The notes under the pieces are model-generated. The model was not told where the DNA came from and did not search any database. It saw only the letters and a program-made list of their open reading frames with translations. DNA of 64,000 nucleotides from a virus. The stretch spans positions 64,001 through 128,000 of the IMG/VR virus record IMGVR_UViG_3300018080_000105. One strand, given 5' to 3'. The first letter of the stretch is position 1; the number at the start of each line of letters is the position of its first letter. Position numbers and translations under genes: made by a program. Below are positions 38,458 to 47,181 of the stretch, piece by piece.

Positions 38458-38578
38458 GGGAGGCGACCCCTTGAACTGCCGATAGGCATCCCTCCCCGGA
38501 AAATGGACCAGCCAATGAATAAAACTGGCCCCGTCCCCACCGACGACTCAGCAGTGCATCATTGTCGGACAGGTACCG
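38458..38578 (-). ncRNA. Structured RNA element, copy B (unknown class)
   Basis: As copy A; G.U pairs in the variable hairpin favour the - strand. Confidence 0.6.
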
Positions 38579-38596
38579 TAAGTATCGAGTAACCGG

Positions 38597-39880
38597 TTAG
38601 CCGCTTCTCAACTCCTCTCTTTTGGCCTTCTCAGCCAGAACTTCCTGCATTTCCTGCAGGAACAAGGATTTGTCGAACCCAGCACGCTGATAAGCACCCT
38701 GAACCTCCGCAGCAGTGTACCGCCCCTCCGGACAGGGCAGCAACTCACCGAAATACGACTCACAAAGCATATCCCACTCAGTGCGGGTCATGTACGTCAT
38801 CTCACACAACATATCGATCCTGCCCGGCCGTAGCAGAGCAGGATCCAGGCTGTCCACATGATTCGTTGTCACCAGGACGATTGCTCCGTGGCCGCTCTTC
38901 ACGCCATCCAACGCATTGAGGATCTCTCCCAGCGTGAACATCGTGGTCGTGCTGTCAGGCTCGTCGTCCGCCTTCTTCTTTTTCTTCTTCTTGCCGGACT
39001 TCACTATCAGAGCCTTCGACTCTTTCCGCTCCTTCACCACGCTGGACAGCGTGTCAATGTCTTCGACCAGGCACAGCCCGTTGTCCCCGCTGAGAATGCT
39101 CGGCAAGTCATTGTGCAGTCCTCTCTCGAACACCCGCAGGTCCCGCTTCAGGTAATTGGCCAGCGCGATGGCCAGCGATGTTTTGCCTGTGCCCGGCGGG
39201 CCATACAGACAGTATCCTCGCCGCCAGGGGATTCCCTTGCGGACATAGTCGTCTTCACGGGCCAGGAACGCATCCAGGTCCTCTTTGATCCGCATCGCCC
39301 AGTCCGAGTAGACGTTGTCGAATGTGCGACGTGGCAGCGGCACAGAGTTGTACCAGTAACCGTGCTGCCAGTCCTGCACATGCAGCTTACCGTGCTGCTG
39401 GGCCTTCCAATTGTGAATGGCCGCCTCCACCATGCCCTTCAATGTCTCTCGCTTCTTCCAGCCGTAAGCTGTCACTGAGAGCGTGAAGGTGGTGGCATTG
39501 TTGCGGTCACTGGAGTTGTTCAGCTCCCGCTTGCTGAGAATCGTGCGAATCAGGCAGCGGTCTCGGCGGTGCCAGCGGTTGCCCGTCGGCACCAACAACC
39601 CCGCCTCGCCGTCGTAGGACGGTACGTAGGCAAAGTTGCCCAGCTTGGAGTCCTTGTGCATCTCCAGCACCATCGAGAGCACTGCATCGAAGTCGGCTGA
39701 GCCCTGGTCAAACTCAACCAGGTAAGCTCCGTAGCGGTCCCACAGGCCGGTGAATCGCGACGGCAGCCCACGGGCCTGCATGACGATCCAGGTGCAGAGC
39801 GCAATGACGGCACCGCCTTTGAAGAACTCGTTCGTCTGGAATTCATTGACCAGCGCATCCTTGATCGCATTAAAGTCCAC
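38597..39880 (-). CDS. BCS1-like AAA+ ATPase
   Basis: GIPWRRGYCLYGPPGTGKTS, VEDID, LNALDG, TTNH...LDPALLRPGRID; N-terminal TM. Confidence 0.85.
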   Translation of the reverse strand: MDFNAIKDALVNEFQTNEFFKGGAVIALCTWIVMQARGLPSRFTGLWDRYGAYLVEFDQGSADFDAVLSMVLEMHKDSKLGNFAYVPSYDGEAGLLVPTGNRWHRRDRCLIRTILSKRELNNSSDRNNATTFTLSVTAYGWKKRETLKGMVEAAIHNWKAQQHGKLHVQDWQHGYWYNSVPLPRRTFDNVYSDWAMRIKEDLDAFLAREDDYVRKGIPWRRGYCLYGPPGTGKTSLAIALANYLKRDLRVFERGLHNDLPSILSGDNGLCLVEDIDTLSSVVKERKESKALIVKSGKKKKKKKADDEPDSTTTMFTLGEILNALDGVKSGHGAIVLVTTNHVDSLDPALLRPGRIDMLCEMTYMTRTEWDMLCESYFGELLPCPEGRYTAAEVQGAYQRAGFDKSLFLQEMQEVLAEKAKREELRSG

Positions 39881-39981
39881 GGCTAGTTCCTATTGAAGTC
39901 TTCTTCTGTAACCGGCGGATCGAGTGGCACACTCAATGAACCGCAGGAGTTCGTCCTGCTCATCGTCTGTCAGCTCCTCCA

Positions 39982-40329
39982 TCAACAGATCCCTTCTTCA
40001 GCCTGTTGCATAATCTTCAAAGCTGTACTCTGATCGGGGCAAACGTAGTCATTCCAAATCACGAAGGCCGATCCCGAAGTACCCACTTGCCCACGTGTCG
40101 CGGGCGTCAGTCGTGGCTTACACAGCTCGTCCAGCTTGTCTTCGATCCGATGCTGCTGAATGATATTGATCACCTTGTCGTTGCGAGCGGCACCCAAAGC
40201 ACCTGCCAGGCACCAACAAGCGGCTCGCCCGTCGCTCACAGGTACAACGTAGCCGTCTGCATTCTTCGCCCCGGCATTCTGGCACCAGCCCTGGGCAATG
40301 TAATCGCTTGGTTTCGTCTTCGTTGTCAT
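39982..40329 (-). CDS. DUF6197-like phage protein (paralog 2)
   Basis: QGWCQ...ACWCLAGAL...IWND. Confidence 0.6.
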   Translation of the reverse strand: MTTKTKPSDYIAQGWCQNAGAKNADGYVVPVSDGRAACWCLAGALGAARNDKVINIIQQHRIEDKLDELCKPRLTPATRGQVGTSGSAFVIWNDYVCPDQSTALKIMQQAEEGIC

Positions 40330-40547
40330 GATCCCTCCGGCTCGGGAAGATGTGTGGTCGGATAACAGTATTCGTAATAGCGGGCCACCGCCTGCACATA
40401 CCACAGGCCTTGCTCACTACCCTTCACAATCAAATCACCATGCAGCGAGTAACCCTGCTGGATCTTTGCTCGTACCTCCGACGCTAAAGCGGTACGGCTA
40501 TGGCTGCCCAGCACTTCGTAGTCGTCAGGAGGCAGCGGCGTCATCAT
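40326..40547 (-). CDS. DUF1737-like small protein (paralog 1)
   Basis: YEVL...V...IQQGYSLHG...YVQAVARY. Confidence 0.55.
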   Translation of the reverse strand: MMTPLPPDDYEVLGSHSRTALASEVRAKIQQGYSLHGDLIVKGSEQGLWYVQAVARYYEYCYPTTHLPEPEGS

Positions 40548-40809
40548 CTGCTCCTGGTGACATGCTGGTTGGTCGTTCCTCCGTCATATCGATCGAACGG
40601 GATTGGCGGGAAGTCGGGATGACTGGTACCTCTTCTGCTTCGTATTGCACCAACGTCTGTACGAACAATGTGGAAGTGGCTTGGCCAATTGCACGACTAT
40701 CACCGTACAACGACCAACCCTTCCCGAGATGCTCATTGACCGAACGATCAAATGCCTGCACATCGGTATTCGTCAGCGTGCCATACGCAACGATCTTTGG
40801 TAGCGTCAT
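40525..40809 (-). CDS. DUF1737-like small protein (paralog 2)
   Basis: VNEHLGKGWSLYG...FVQTLVQY. Confidence 0.55.
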   Translation of the reverse strand: MTLPKIVAYGTLTNTDVQAFDRSVNEHLGKGWSLYGDSRAIGQATSTLFVQTLVQYEAEEVPVIPTSRQSRSIDMTEERPTSMSPGADDDAAAS

Positions 40810-41303
40810 GCCGGCTCCAGGACTTTCGCCTCGTTGCTCTCCAGGACACACTCCAGGCGCTCCTGGCAGTCTTGTCCGAAACTCTGAGAAATGGCCCACA
40901 CCAACGTGTCCTCGTAAGTCTCGCTGTCCAGTGCCAGTCGCTCCGCCACCTTCATCAGTTCGACCGCTGCCCGCGAGAACGAACACACTTCATCATTCCA
41001 GTGAATGATGGTAGCGATCTCGTCCTTCCTGCTCATAGCATGCCGGCCCAGCAAGCGCACCAGCGCGGCTTGCAGCAAACCAACATCGATCGCACTGATC
41101 GCCTTGTTGTACTCAGCGATCCGAATCGCCCCGTGCATGCAATAAGACGCCTGCCGTGTCGAGTTGAGCTGCACAGGCACTCGTTCCTTGTTGCGGACAG
41201 CGGCCCCACGGCTCCATCCATGAGTCTCCAAATACCAACTCGGTCGCCGAGTGTTGATCGATGGCAGGGTGGTTTTACTCTTCTGCTGCTCAGGCACTGT
41301 CAT
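40806..41303 (-). CDS. DUF6197-like phage protein (paralog 3)
   Basis: HGWSRG...SYCMHGAI...HWND. Confidence 0.55.
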   Translation of the reverse strand: MTVPEQQKSKTTLPSINTRRPSWYLETHGWSRGAAVRNKERVPVQLNSTRQASYCMHGAIRIAEYNKAISAIDVGLLQAALVRLLGRHAMSRKDEIATIIHWNDEVCSFSRAAVELMKVAERLALDSETYEDTLVWAISQSFGQDCQERLECVLESNEAKVLEPA

Positions 41304-41523
41304 CTCCTACGTTGAATCTGTGCGATTGTACGGGGATCTCTATCCGTTCTCGCAGGCGCCCGAGCTCCAGATGCCAGCCAAAACCCCAGATGTTGAATAC
41401 CCCTGTCAGGCCCAGTCCGAATCCGAACTGTGACCAATGCACTCGTTCCAGCCGCCAGTCCCACACACGCTTCTCCGTGTATTTGTAGTAGGCCCCTTTG
41501 ACGACCATCTGCTGTACGTCCAT
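41290..41523 (-). CDS. Hypothetical Trp-rich protein
   Basis: GGAG SD before ATG 41523. Confidence 0.45.
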   Translation of the reverse strand: MDVQQMVVKGAYYKYTEKRVWDWRLERVHWSQFGFGLGLTGVFNIWGFGWHLELGRLRERIEIPVQSHRFNVGDDSA

Positions 41524-41544
41524 CTTCTTTACTCCGGTAGCGTA

Positions 41545-41579
41545 AAAAGAGCACGGTAACACTCGTGCTGTTACCGTGC
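41545..41579 (-). terminator. Intrinsic terminator
   Basis: 11-bp stem GCACGGTAACA/TGTTACCGTGC followed on - by TCTTTTT. Confidence 0.75.
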
Positions 41580-41673
41580 CAATCAGTTGTTACTTCACGT
41601 GATTTACGTCCCGCCGGACAAGGGCAGTGGTACTACGCGTTCATCGCTGACGCGCACCCTGCATCACCTCCCA

Positions 41674-41772
41674 TCAACACAGCACACCCATCACTTGCAG
41701 CGTTGCGAAGATTCCGAGTACAAAACCCACCGCTCCGCCAAACAAGCATCCGTGCACAAACTCCAGATCCAT
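41674..41772 (-). CDS. 32-aa single-TM micro-protein (unlisted)
   Basis: AAGGAGG SD, MDLEFVHGCLFGGAVGFVLGIFATLQVMGVLC*, downstream of motif copy 4. Confidence 0.55.
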   Translation of the reverse strand: MDLEFVHGCLFGGAVGFVLGIFATLQVMGVLC

Positions 41773-41801
41773 AGCAGCCTCCTTGCTGTTAAAGAACTTC
41801 G

Positions 41802-41814
41802 GTTGTTATTTACC
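41802..41814 (-). promoter_or_regulatory. Dispersed 13-mer variant GGTAAATAACAAC, copy 4
   Basis: One mismatch; 29 nt upstream of the micro-ORF ATG. Confidence 0.65.
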
Positions 41815-41906
41815 ACGACGCTGCCGACCTCCTTGCGACTGCTTCTACAGATTACCTTCGCGAACTCTGCGACAGAGAGCCACCCCGCAGAGAATTCTCA
41901 AAAATA

Positions 41907-43340
41907 TCAGGATCCGTCTTCTTCCACAGACTCCAGGAGCGTAACGCGCCGCAACACCATGCTCAGGATCGTGCAACGGAACCCTCGCCAGCCCCGCCGA
42001 GTCCCGCAATGGATACGCACCTTACTGCCCGCTTCTTCTGGCACCCACGCTGTTTTGTAGGTTGTCGACAGCCCCGCAGTGAGTGGTACCAGTGTCTGCC
42101 TGTCCTGCTTGTTGTTGTCCCCTTTGTTAGACGGGTTTTGAACCCAGGCGAGCAACACAGGCATATCCGAATCCACCAGCGGCGGCGCGTTCGTCACGTC
42201 GTCAGAAATAGTGAACACATCCATAGCCAGCTCAAAACGATCACCTGCGTTGTAATCGACGTCTGCGTCCAACGTAAAGAACGCCTCGGGCGTGCCACCG
42301 TTGAACGTCCAGATCGACCCCTCGCGGGTAACGCCCCGTACCAACTCTGCCCCGGGCATCCACACCGTAGGCAACAGGTTGGCCCCGGCAACAGCGACGT
42401 CCGTGTACAAAATGCGGGGTGGCCTCTTGTCGAAATAGCTCTCAACGCATCCACTTATAGCAACCTCGACGGAACCGCTGACGCGTGCAAAACCTTTTCT
42501 CGTCGTGTGTGACATGCAGCCGTGGATACTGCCACCATCGCAGTCGATGATGTCCAACCCCCAGGCCAGGCCCGTATTCCCTGTCACGGTACCGTGCGGG
42601 GCCACGAAGCGGCAGCCAGAGAAATCAAACCCCGTGCACTCTTTCAAGGTCACGACGGCGTTGTCGTTCAATTCCTCTCCACCGCACCGCTCTGTGTAGA
42701 GCGAACGCACCGAGAGACCGGAACACCGCTCAAACAACGCCGCTCCCGGCTTGCAGAGTGAAATATCCAGCGAATCGACCGACACGCTACTCGACGAAGT
42801 GACGTGTAGGCCGTAAGCGTTGTGCTTCTTGTTGTGGATCTTTCCCCCCACAATACGCAGCACATTTGCACGGTGGGCTCTGATCCCCGCCGTACGGCAG
42901 TTGCTGACGAAACAGCGACGGATCTCCCACTGCACAGGATCGACACCATCGAGGGCAATCCCTACGTCACCATTCCCGACGCGTACGTCCTCGATGACTC
43001 CGTGGTTGGCCCGCTCTATCTTGAAGACAGTATTGCCATTACCCCGCACTGTGCCGCCCTTCCACACGGGCTGCCATGGCTTGTGGTCGCCATCGCCCCA
43101 CTGGAACATGGGTGCCTCGTGCGGTATGTCGGACTCAATCTCCGCCCCGTCAGCAGTCACCCGCAGGCCATACTTGATCAGAATCGTATCACTGATCCTG
43201 TACTCCTTCCCTGCTAGGAACACGACCTCCGGCGATAGATTGACTGCGGCATGATCCGATACCGCGTCCATTGCTGCCTGGATGCCAGCCGTAGCATCCG
43301 AGTCAGTAGATTTGATGAAGTCATCAACCAGCACTTTCAT
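41907..43340 (-). CDS. Right-handed beta-helix (pectate-lyase-like) tailspike/depolymerase with C-terminal carbohydrate-binding-like domain
   Basis: DATAGIQAAMDA...VVFLAGKEYRISDTI motif, stacked GI/N repeats; GGAGA SD before ATG 43340. Confidence 0.7.
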   Translation of the reverse strand: MKVLVDDFIKSTDSDATAGIQAAMDAVSDHAAVNLSPEVVFLAGKEYRISDTILIKYGLRVTADGAEIESDIPHEAPMFQWGDGDHKPWQPVWKGGTVRGNGNTVFKIERANHGVIEDVRVGNGDVGIALDGVDPVQWEIRRCFVSNCRTAGIRAHRANVLRIVGGKIHNKKHNAYGLHVTSSSSVSVDSLDISLCKPGAALFERCSGLSVRSLYTERCGGEELNDNAVVTLKECTGFDFSGCRFVAPHGTVTGNTGLAWGLDIIDCDGGSIHGCMSHTTRKGFARVSGSVEVAISGCVESYFDKRPPRILYTDVAVAGANLLPTVWMPGAELVRGVTREGSIWTFNGGTPEAFFTLDADVDYNAGDRFELAMDVFTISDDVTNAPPLVDSDMPVLLAWVQNPSNKGDNNKQDRQTLVPLTAGLSTTYKTAWVPEEAGSKVRIHCGTRRGWRGFRCTILSMVLRRVTLLESVEEDGS

Positions 43341-43465
43341 GGATGTCTCCTTTACGTTCGACCAACAATACGGGCCTGAATGGGTTTGTAAAATTGAATG
43401 TCTTTCCAGTACGACGCCTACGTCAATCCGCGGCAGTATCACCCAGTACCATCATCCCCGTTTGT

Positions 43466-44206
43466 TCAAGACGCGTCACTATACGGTGTACCGTTGCGCG
43501 CCGCTACGGCCACTTTCGCGTGCCCCACCAGTTCTTCCCAACTATCAAAACCCACAGCACGTATGCTCACACGGTCGTTAGCAGAGCGATACCACAACTG
43601 ATCAAGCCTCGCAGCCTCTGGCAACCCGCGGCCGTATTTCATCAAGTCCGCTGAAGGAGCAGATTGGTACAACAGCACATGCTCTGGCAACACACGCCAC
43701 TGAAGCGTCTTTTGCCGCCAACCATCGTAGTAGGCCTCCAGGAGATAACTGGTCTCCTCGTCCCGCAGCCGACGGTCCCTATCCAGAATGCCGCGGCAGT
43801 CCTGTAGAAACGCCTCATACTCAGTATCCGGCACCGCCACAAGCCCCTGCTGTATCGCTCTGGAATTCCAAACAAACGCCGTGGGCAACTCTGCCTCAAT
43901 GTTATCAACGACAACAGATAACAACTGGTAGGCAGCCTGTACATGTTCTGTCCGCATCTGGAAGCGGTCTGCATGCTCAATCACCTGCCACGCAGCCGCT
44001 ACCATCAACTTCCCGACGGTATCCACGCCCATGCCGTTACCCACCGCAGCGAGCACATCATCAATGACAGTCTCGGTATCTTCGCCACCATACGTTGCCA
44101 CACTCTCTCCGCGAGGATTCGTGACCTTTACAGTCATTTCCAGAACGGGAGAGTTCTCCACACAACCGTGAGAATCAGTCGTCATCAATACACCACTTTC
44201 TATCAA
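43466..44206 (-). CDS. Hypothetical protein
   Basis: Operon order. Confidence 0.6.
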   Translation of the reverse strand: MIESGVLMTTDSHGCVENSPVLEMTVKVTNPRGESVATYGGEDTETVIDDVLAAVGNGMGVDTVGKLMVAAAWQVIEHADRFQMRTEHVQAAYQLLSVVVDNIEAELPTAFVWNSRAIQQGLVAVPDTEYEAFLQDCRGILDRDRRLRDEETSYLLEAYYDGWRQKTLQWRVLPEHVLLYQSAPSADLMKYGRGLPEAARLDQLWYRSANDRVSIRAVGFDSWEELVGHAKVAVAARNGTPYSDAS

Positions 44207-44598
44207 AAGAGCGGGTCACTCTTATCGTTGAGCTGGTCTTTGTGTTCACGAAAGTAATGCAGGCAGCGACCCAGCCGTGTCAGCTGCCCGTGTTTGCATG
44301 TCTTCAGATCCAACTTCTGCATACAGGCAGCCTGCAGACCTGCCCGATGATCGCCGTTGAGGATCAGGAAGTATTCCTCCTGCCCCAAAACCAGGGCAGT
44401 CGTGTCAGAGCCGTAAGAAGCTCGATCGTAGTTGTTGTAAGACACATGCCAGTGCGAGCTCCCCGTGTCAACGTCGTCACATTTGTTGGGAATCACACAA
44501 GGCATACCTGCGATGTTACGCAGATGCGAGGTACACTCACTCATCGACTTATCCTTCCACCACACTGATGCCAGATAACCGTCACCATTCTCCTGCAT
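44203..44598 (-). CDS. Hypothetical protein
   Basis: HISYN...YG..TTALVLGQ...F.ILNGDHR-type motif; start uncertain. Confidence 0.5.
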   Translation of the reverse strand: MQENGDGYLASVWWKDKSMSECTSHLRNIAGMPCVIPNKCDDVDTGSSHWHVSYNNYDRASYGSDTTALVLGQEEYFLILNGDHRAGLQAACMQKLDLKTCKHGQLTRLGRCLHYFREHKDQLNDKSDPLF

Positions 44599-44983
44599 TA
44601 AACTGGCCACCATGGTATTGACGATCACTCCCGTTAGCCCCGCCACGCGTCCGATTGTTGCTGTAACGGTGTGGCTGTCCGTCCCCCCAATGGTGCGGAC
44701 GCGTCGCATCCACACAGGCCGAGCATAACGGCTCCACGCACACATCGTCCACGTGCAGCTCTTCCTGGCAACGAGCACAGAAATCAACCCGCACCAAATC
44801 GTCCGCAGACGACCACGGGTGCCGCAACACCTGTGTGCCAGCCCGATACCTCTTGTCGACAGGGAGGGCGTTCAATCGTGCATGTAATACACTGCTGCAC
44901 AGTTCGCGCAGCTGTGCAGGTGACAGCTTCTCTACTGTCTTGTGTTCCAAGTCCGGGGATAAACCAAGTTGGTCCCAAACCAT
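44582..44983 (-). CDS. Hypothetical protein with CxxC pairs
   Basis: CARC, CSAC. Confidence 0.45.
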   Translation of the reverse strand: MVWDQLGLSPDLEHKTVEKLSPAQLRELCSSVLHARLNALPVDKRYRAGTQVLRHPWSSADDLVRVDFCARCQEELHVDDVCVEPLCSACVDATRPHHWGDGQPHRYSNNRTRGGANGSDRQYHGGQFNAGEW

Positions 44984-45183
44984 TAAACCACCGGCGAAGT
45001 AACCGGCTCGCTCGCTTCATACTTCACGACAGCCTGAGCAAACTGGACTTGCGACCCTCGCTCCACCATTGCCACGCCACCGATCGGCTCCCAGCCATCT
45101 TTCAGTCCCTTCTTCACTTCCTTGTCAACAATGTCCGCTGACACGTTGGCAACAATGCAATAATCCACCACGCGACGGCTCAT
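44983..45183 (-). CDS. DUF1737-like small protein (paralog 3)
   Basis: YCIV...VKKGLKDGWEPIGG...FAQAVVKY. Confidence 0.65.
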   Translation of the reverse strand: MSRRVVDYCIVANVSADIVDKEVKKGLKDGWEPIGGVAMVERGSQVQFAQAVVKYEASEPVTSPVV

Positions 45184-45422
45184 ACTTCCTCCTTCTGATT
45201 ATCCAACCATTGCTGTAGCTGTTTCTGCGCTTCACTTGCAGTCGAACTCTCCAGCTCCAGCCCTTCTTCCACTATCTCGGGGAGCTGCACCTTGCCCTCG
45301 CAGACATAGGCCGCTCCGTCGTTATTCCGGTAACGGAACAGGATCTCGTGCTCTGTCCGCTCCAAAATCTCCAGAAACATCATCCGCCAACTCCTTCGTT
45401 GTTCGGCGTGATTGGTAGCCAC
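45180..45422 (-). CDS. Hypothetical protein
   Basis: Coupled. Confidence 0.5.
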   Translation of the reverse strand: MATNHAEQRRSWRMMFLEILERTEHEILFRYRNNDGAAYVCEGKVQLPEIVEEGLELESSTASEAQKQLQQWLDNQKEEV

Positions 45423-45856
45423 GGCGGCCCTGCCAAGCCGTTCGGGTTTCGCATGCGATAGACGTGCAGTCCGGTCTCTCCGACGCGTTGTCTGTCGATG
45501 ATCCAGCTGCCGTGTCGCGTCTTCCGCAGATGCCGCAGCTGCGCACTCACAGAAGGCTGCGGGTCACCAGTAATGGACGCAATGTCGACAATCGAGCGAT
45601 ACTGCCCATCAGACATGACATCCCAGACACGGCCCAGTTGTCGCTGCAGCCGGTCATCGTCGCGAGCAGGGTCGTACACAGCTCCGTCAAAGCCTGTGCC
45701 TTCCGCATCTGCCACTTCCTGCATGTATGTGTCCCAGACATCTTCCAGCTCTGCAAAGAGAACTGTCCAGTGCTGCGGGTCTGCAACGTCGTCACCCCAG
45801 GCTTCCGTCAGCTGTCGCACAACGTCAATCATGGCGGCTTGGGTGGCTGCTTTCAT
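45380..45856 (-). CDS. Winged-helix DNA-binding protein
   Basis: VWDVMSDG.YRSIVDIA..TG.PQPSVSAQLRHLRK..HG. Confidence 0.6.
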   Translation of the reverse strand: MKAATQAAMIDVVRQLTEAWGDDVADPQHWTVLFAELEDVWDTYMQEVADAEGTGFDGAVYDPARDDDRLQRQLGRVWDVMSDGQYRSIVDIASITGDPQPSVSAQLRHLRKTRHGSWIIDRQRVGETGLHVYRMRNPNGLAGPPWLPITPNNEGVGG

Positions 45857-45861
45857 GACTG

Positions 45862-46476
45862 CTACGCCACCTGTTCCAGCACAGGATTACGCGTCCAGTA
45901 ATTCTCACGGCCATTAACCGTGTTACCGATCAGCCGCAGGAACTGTCGCGGCTCAGTGCGGCGACAAGGCAGACACTCATGCGGATTCAAATGATTGATC
46001 CGCCAGATCTCTCCGGGCTCCAGCATGTGACCGTTTTCATACGGCCAGTAGTCAGCATGAGCACCCAGGTCACCCGTTCGAGTGGTAGTCGTACACTCTT
46101 CGGACCACACGCAGCAGGTGCCCGCTGAGTTGTTGGCAAGCAGGATCTGTGTGTTGTCAGCCAGCGCGATCTCAGGGTTGCCACCCCAACAGTACCTGTG
46201 AATGTAATGGCTCTCGTTCTGTGCCACGTAGCCCGCTTCTGTGTGCACGGCCCTCGCATGCTCAGAGCGAGCATTACGGTGAATCTGGCCAGCTTCCACG
46301 ATCTTCTCATCGATCGTCAGCCAGCCCGGTTCGCCACGCTCGAAGTAGTAGTTCTCAACGAACCCGGCGTAAGCACTGCACTCGCCCGGCAACGAGTCCG
46401 GGTCGCCCTGAATGATGGGCATCATCAACACACGCACCCCGCTGAACAACGGGAAGCGGAAGTGTCCTACTCTCAT
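45862..46476 (-). CDS. Hypothetical protein (possible DSBH/2OG fold)
   Basis: VHTE, PHE...RQFLRL late strand. Confidence 0.5.
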   Translation of the reverse strand: MRVGHFRFPLFSGVRVLMMPIIQGDPDSLPGECSAYAGFVENYYFERGEPGWLTIDEKIVEAGQIHRNARSEHARAVHTEAGYVAQNESHYIHRYCWGGNPEIALADNTQILLANNSAGTCCVWSEECTTTTRTGDLGAHADYWPYENGHMLEPGEIWRINHLNPHECLPCRRTEPRQFLRLIGNTVNGRENYWTRNPVLEQVA

Positions 46477-46494
46477 GGTTCTGCTCTTCTACTG

Positions 46495-47085
46495 TCACTC
46501 GACAGTAACGGGAGGACCGGCACTCGTTGCCTCACTGGGAGGCAACGGACCATTTTCGTATTGCTCTCGCTCCAGCGCTCGCACCCGTTCCCATTGAGCT
46601 GCGTTCACTGCAGCATTAACACCGTTATTCTCATAAACGCGGGTACTGATCGTTGCAAGTTGATCGCGATTGGCATCAACACGAAGACCTAACGCACTGA
46701 TCTGCTCTTCAATTCTTTCAGGATGCCCGTCACTGACATGGTCTACGAACTGGCGACCCATCTCCTCCAGGTATCTGGCTTGCTGCGCGTCATGCGCCGT
46801 CAACGGCCAATACGCCAGCGTGCCGACCGCAACGACAAAGGACAACAAAAAGCCACCGAACATAATCAGCACAGTGACCGCACCCACCAATGTGGGGGTC
46901 GAGATACCCTTGGGTTCGGTGTGTCTGGCCAGTGATTCTCTGTTGGAGGACACCACATCAGCAATCTTGGCGATCGAAGTTGCGTTGCTCTGCACCACAG
47001 GAGCCAGCTCATGGACAGCTGCTGCTGTCTGCTGGACTACGGCCTCTAAACGTTCAAACTCGCTGCGTGACACATCCATGGTCAT
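46495..47085 (-). CDS. Membrane protein with coiled-coil flanks
   Basis: Central long hydrophobic segment; AAGGAG SD. Confidence 0.65.
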   Translation of the reverse strand: MTMDVSRSEFERLEAVVQQTAAAVHELAPVVQSNATSIAKIADVVSSNRESLARHTEPKGISTPTLVGAVTVLIMFGGFLLSFVVAVGTLAYWPLTAHDAQQARYLEEMGRQFVDHVSDGHPERIEEQISALGLRVDANRDQLATISTRVYENNGVNAAVNAAQWERVRALEREQYENGPLPPSEATSAGPPVTVE

Positions 47086-47168
47086 CTCAGCACTCCTTTA
47101 ACTGCGCGGGCTACCAGCCTGCGCTACAGGTTCTGTATCGGCCGCCAGTGAGAAATATACTAACTGTG

Positions 47169-47181
47169 GTTCTTATTTACC
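47169..47181 (-). promoter_or_regulatory. Dispersed 13-mer GGTAAATAAGAAC, copy 5
   Basis: Exact copy; contains the TAA stop of the upstream gene. Confidence 0.7.

Noticed and set aside
38307-38578. Hammerhead, group I/II intron or known riboswitch identity for the RNA pair
   Set aside because: No CUGAUGA...GAAA core, intron domain V or recognisable aptamer consensus; left as unknown class.
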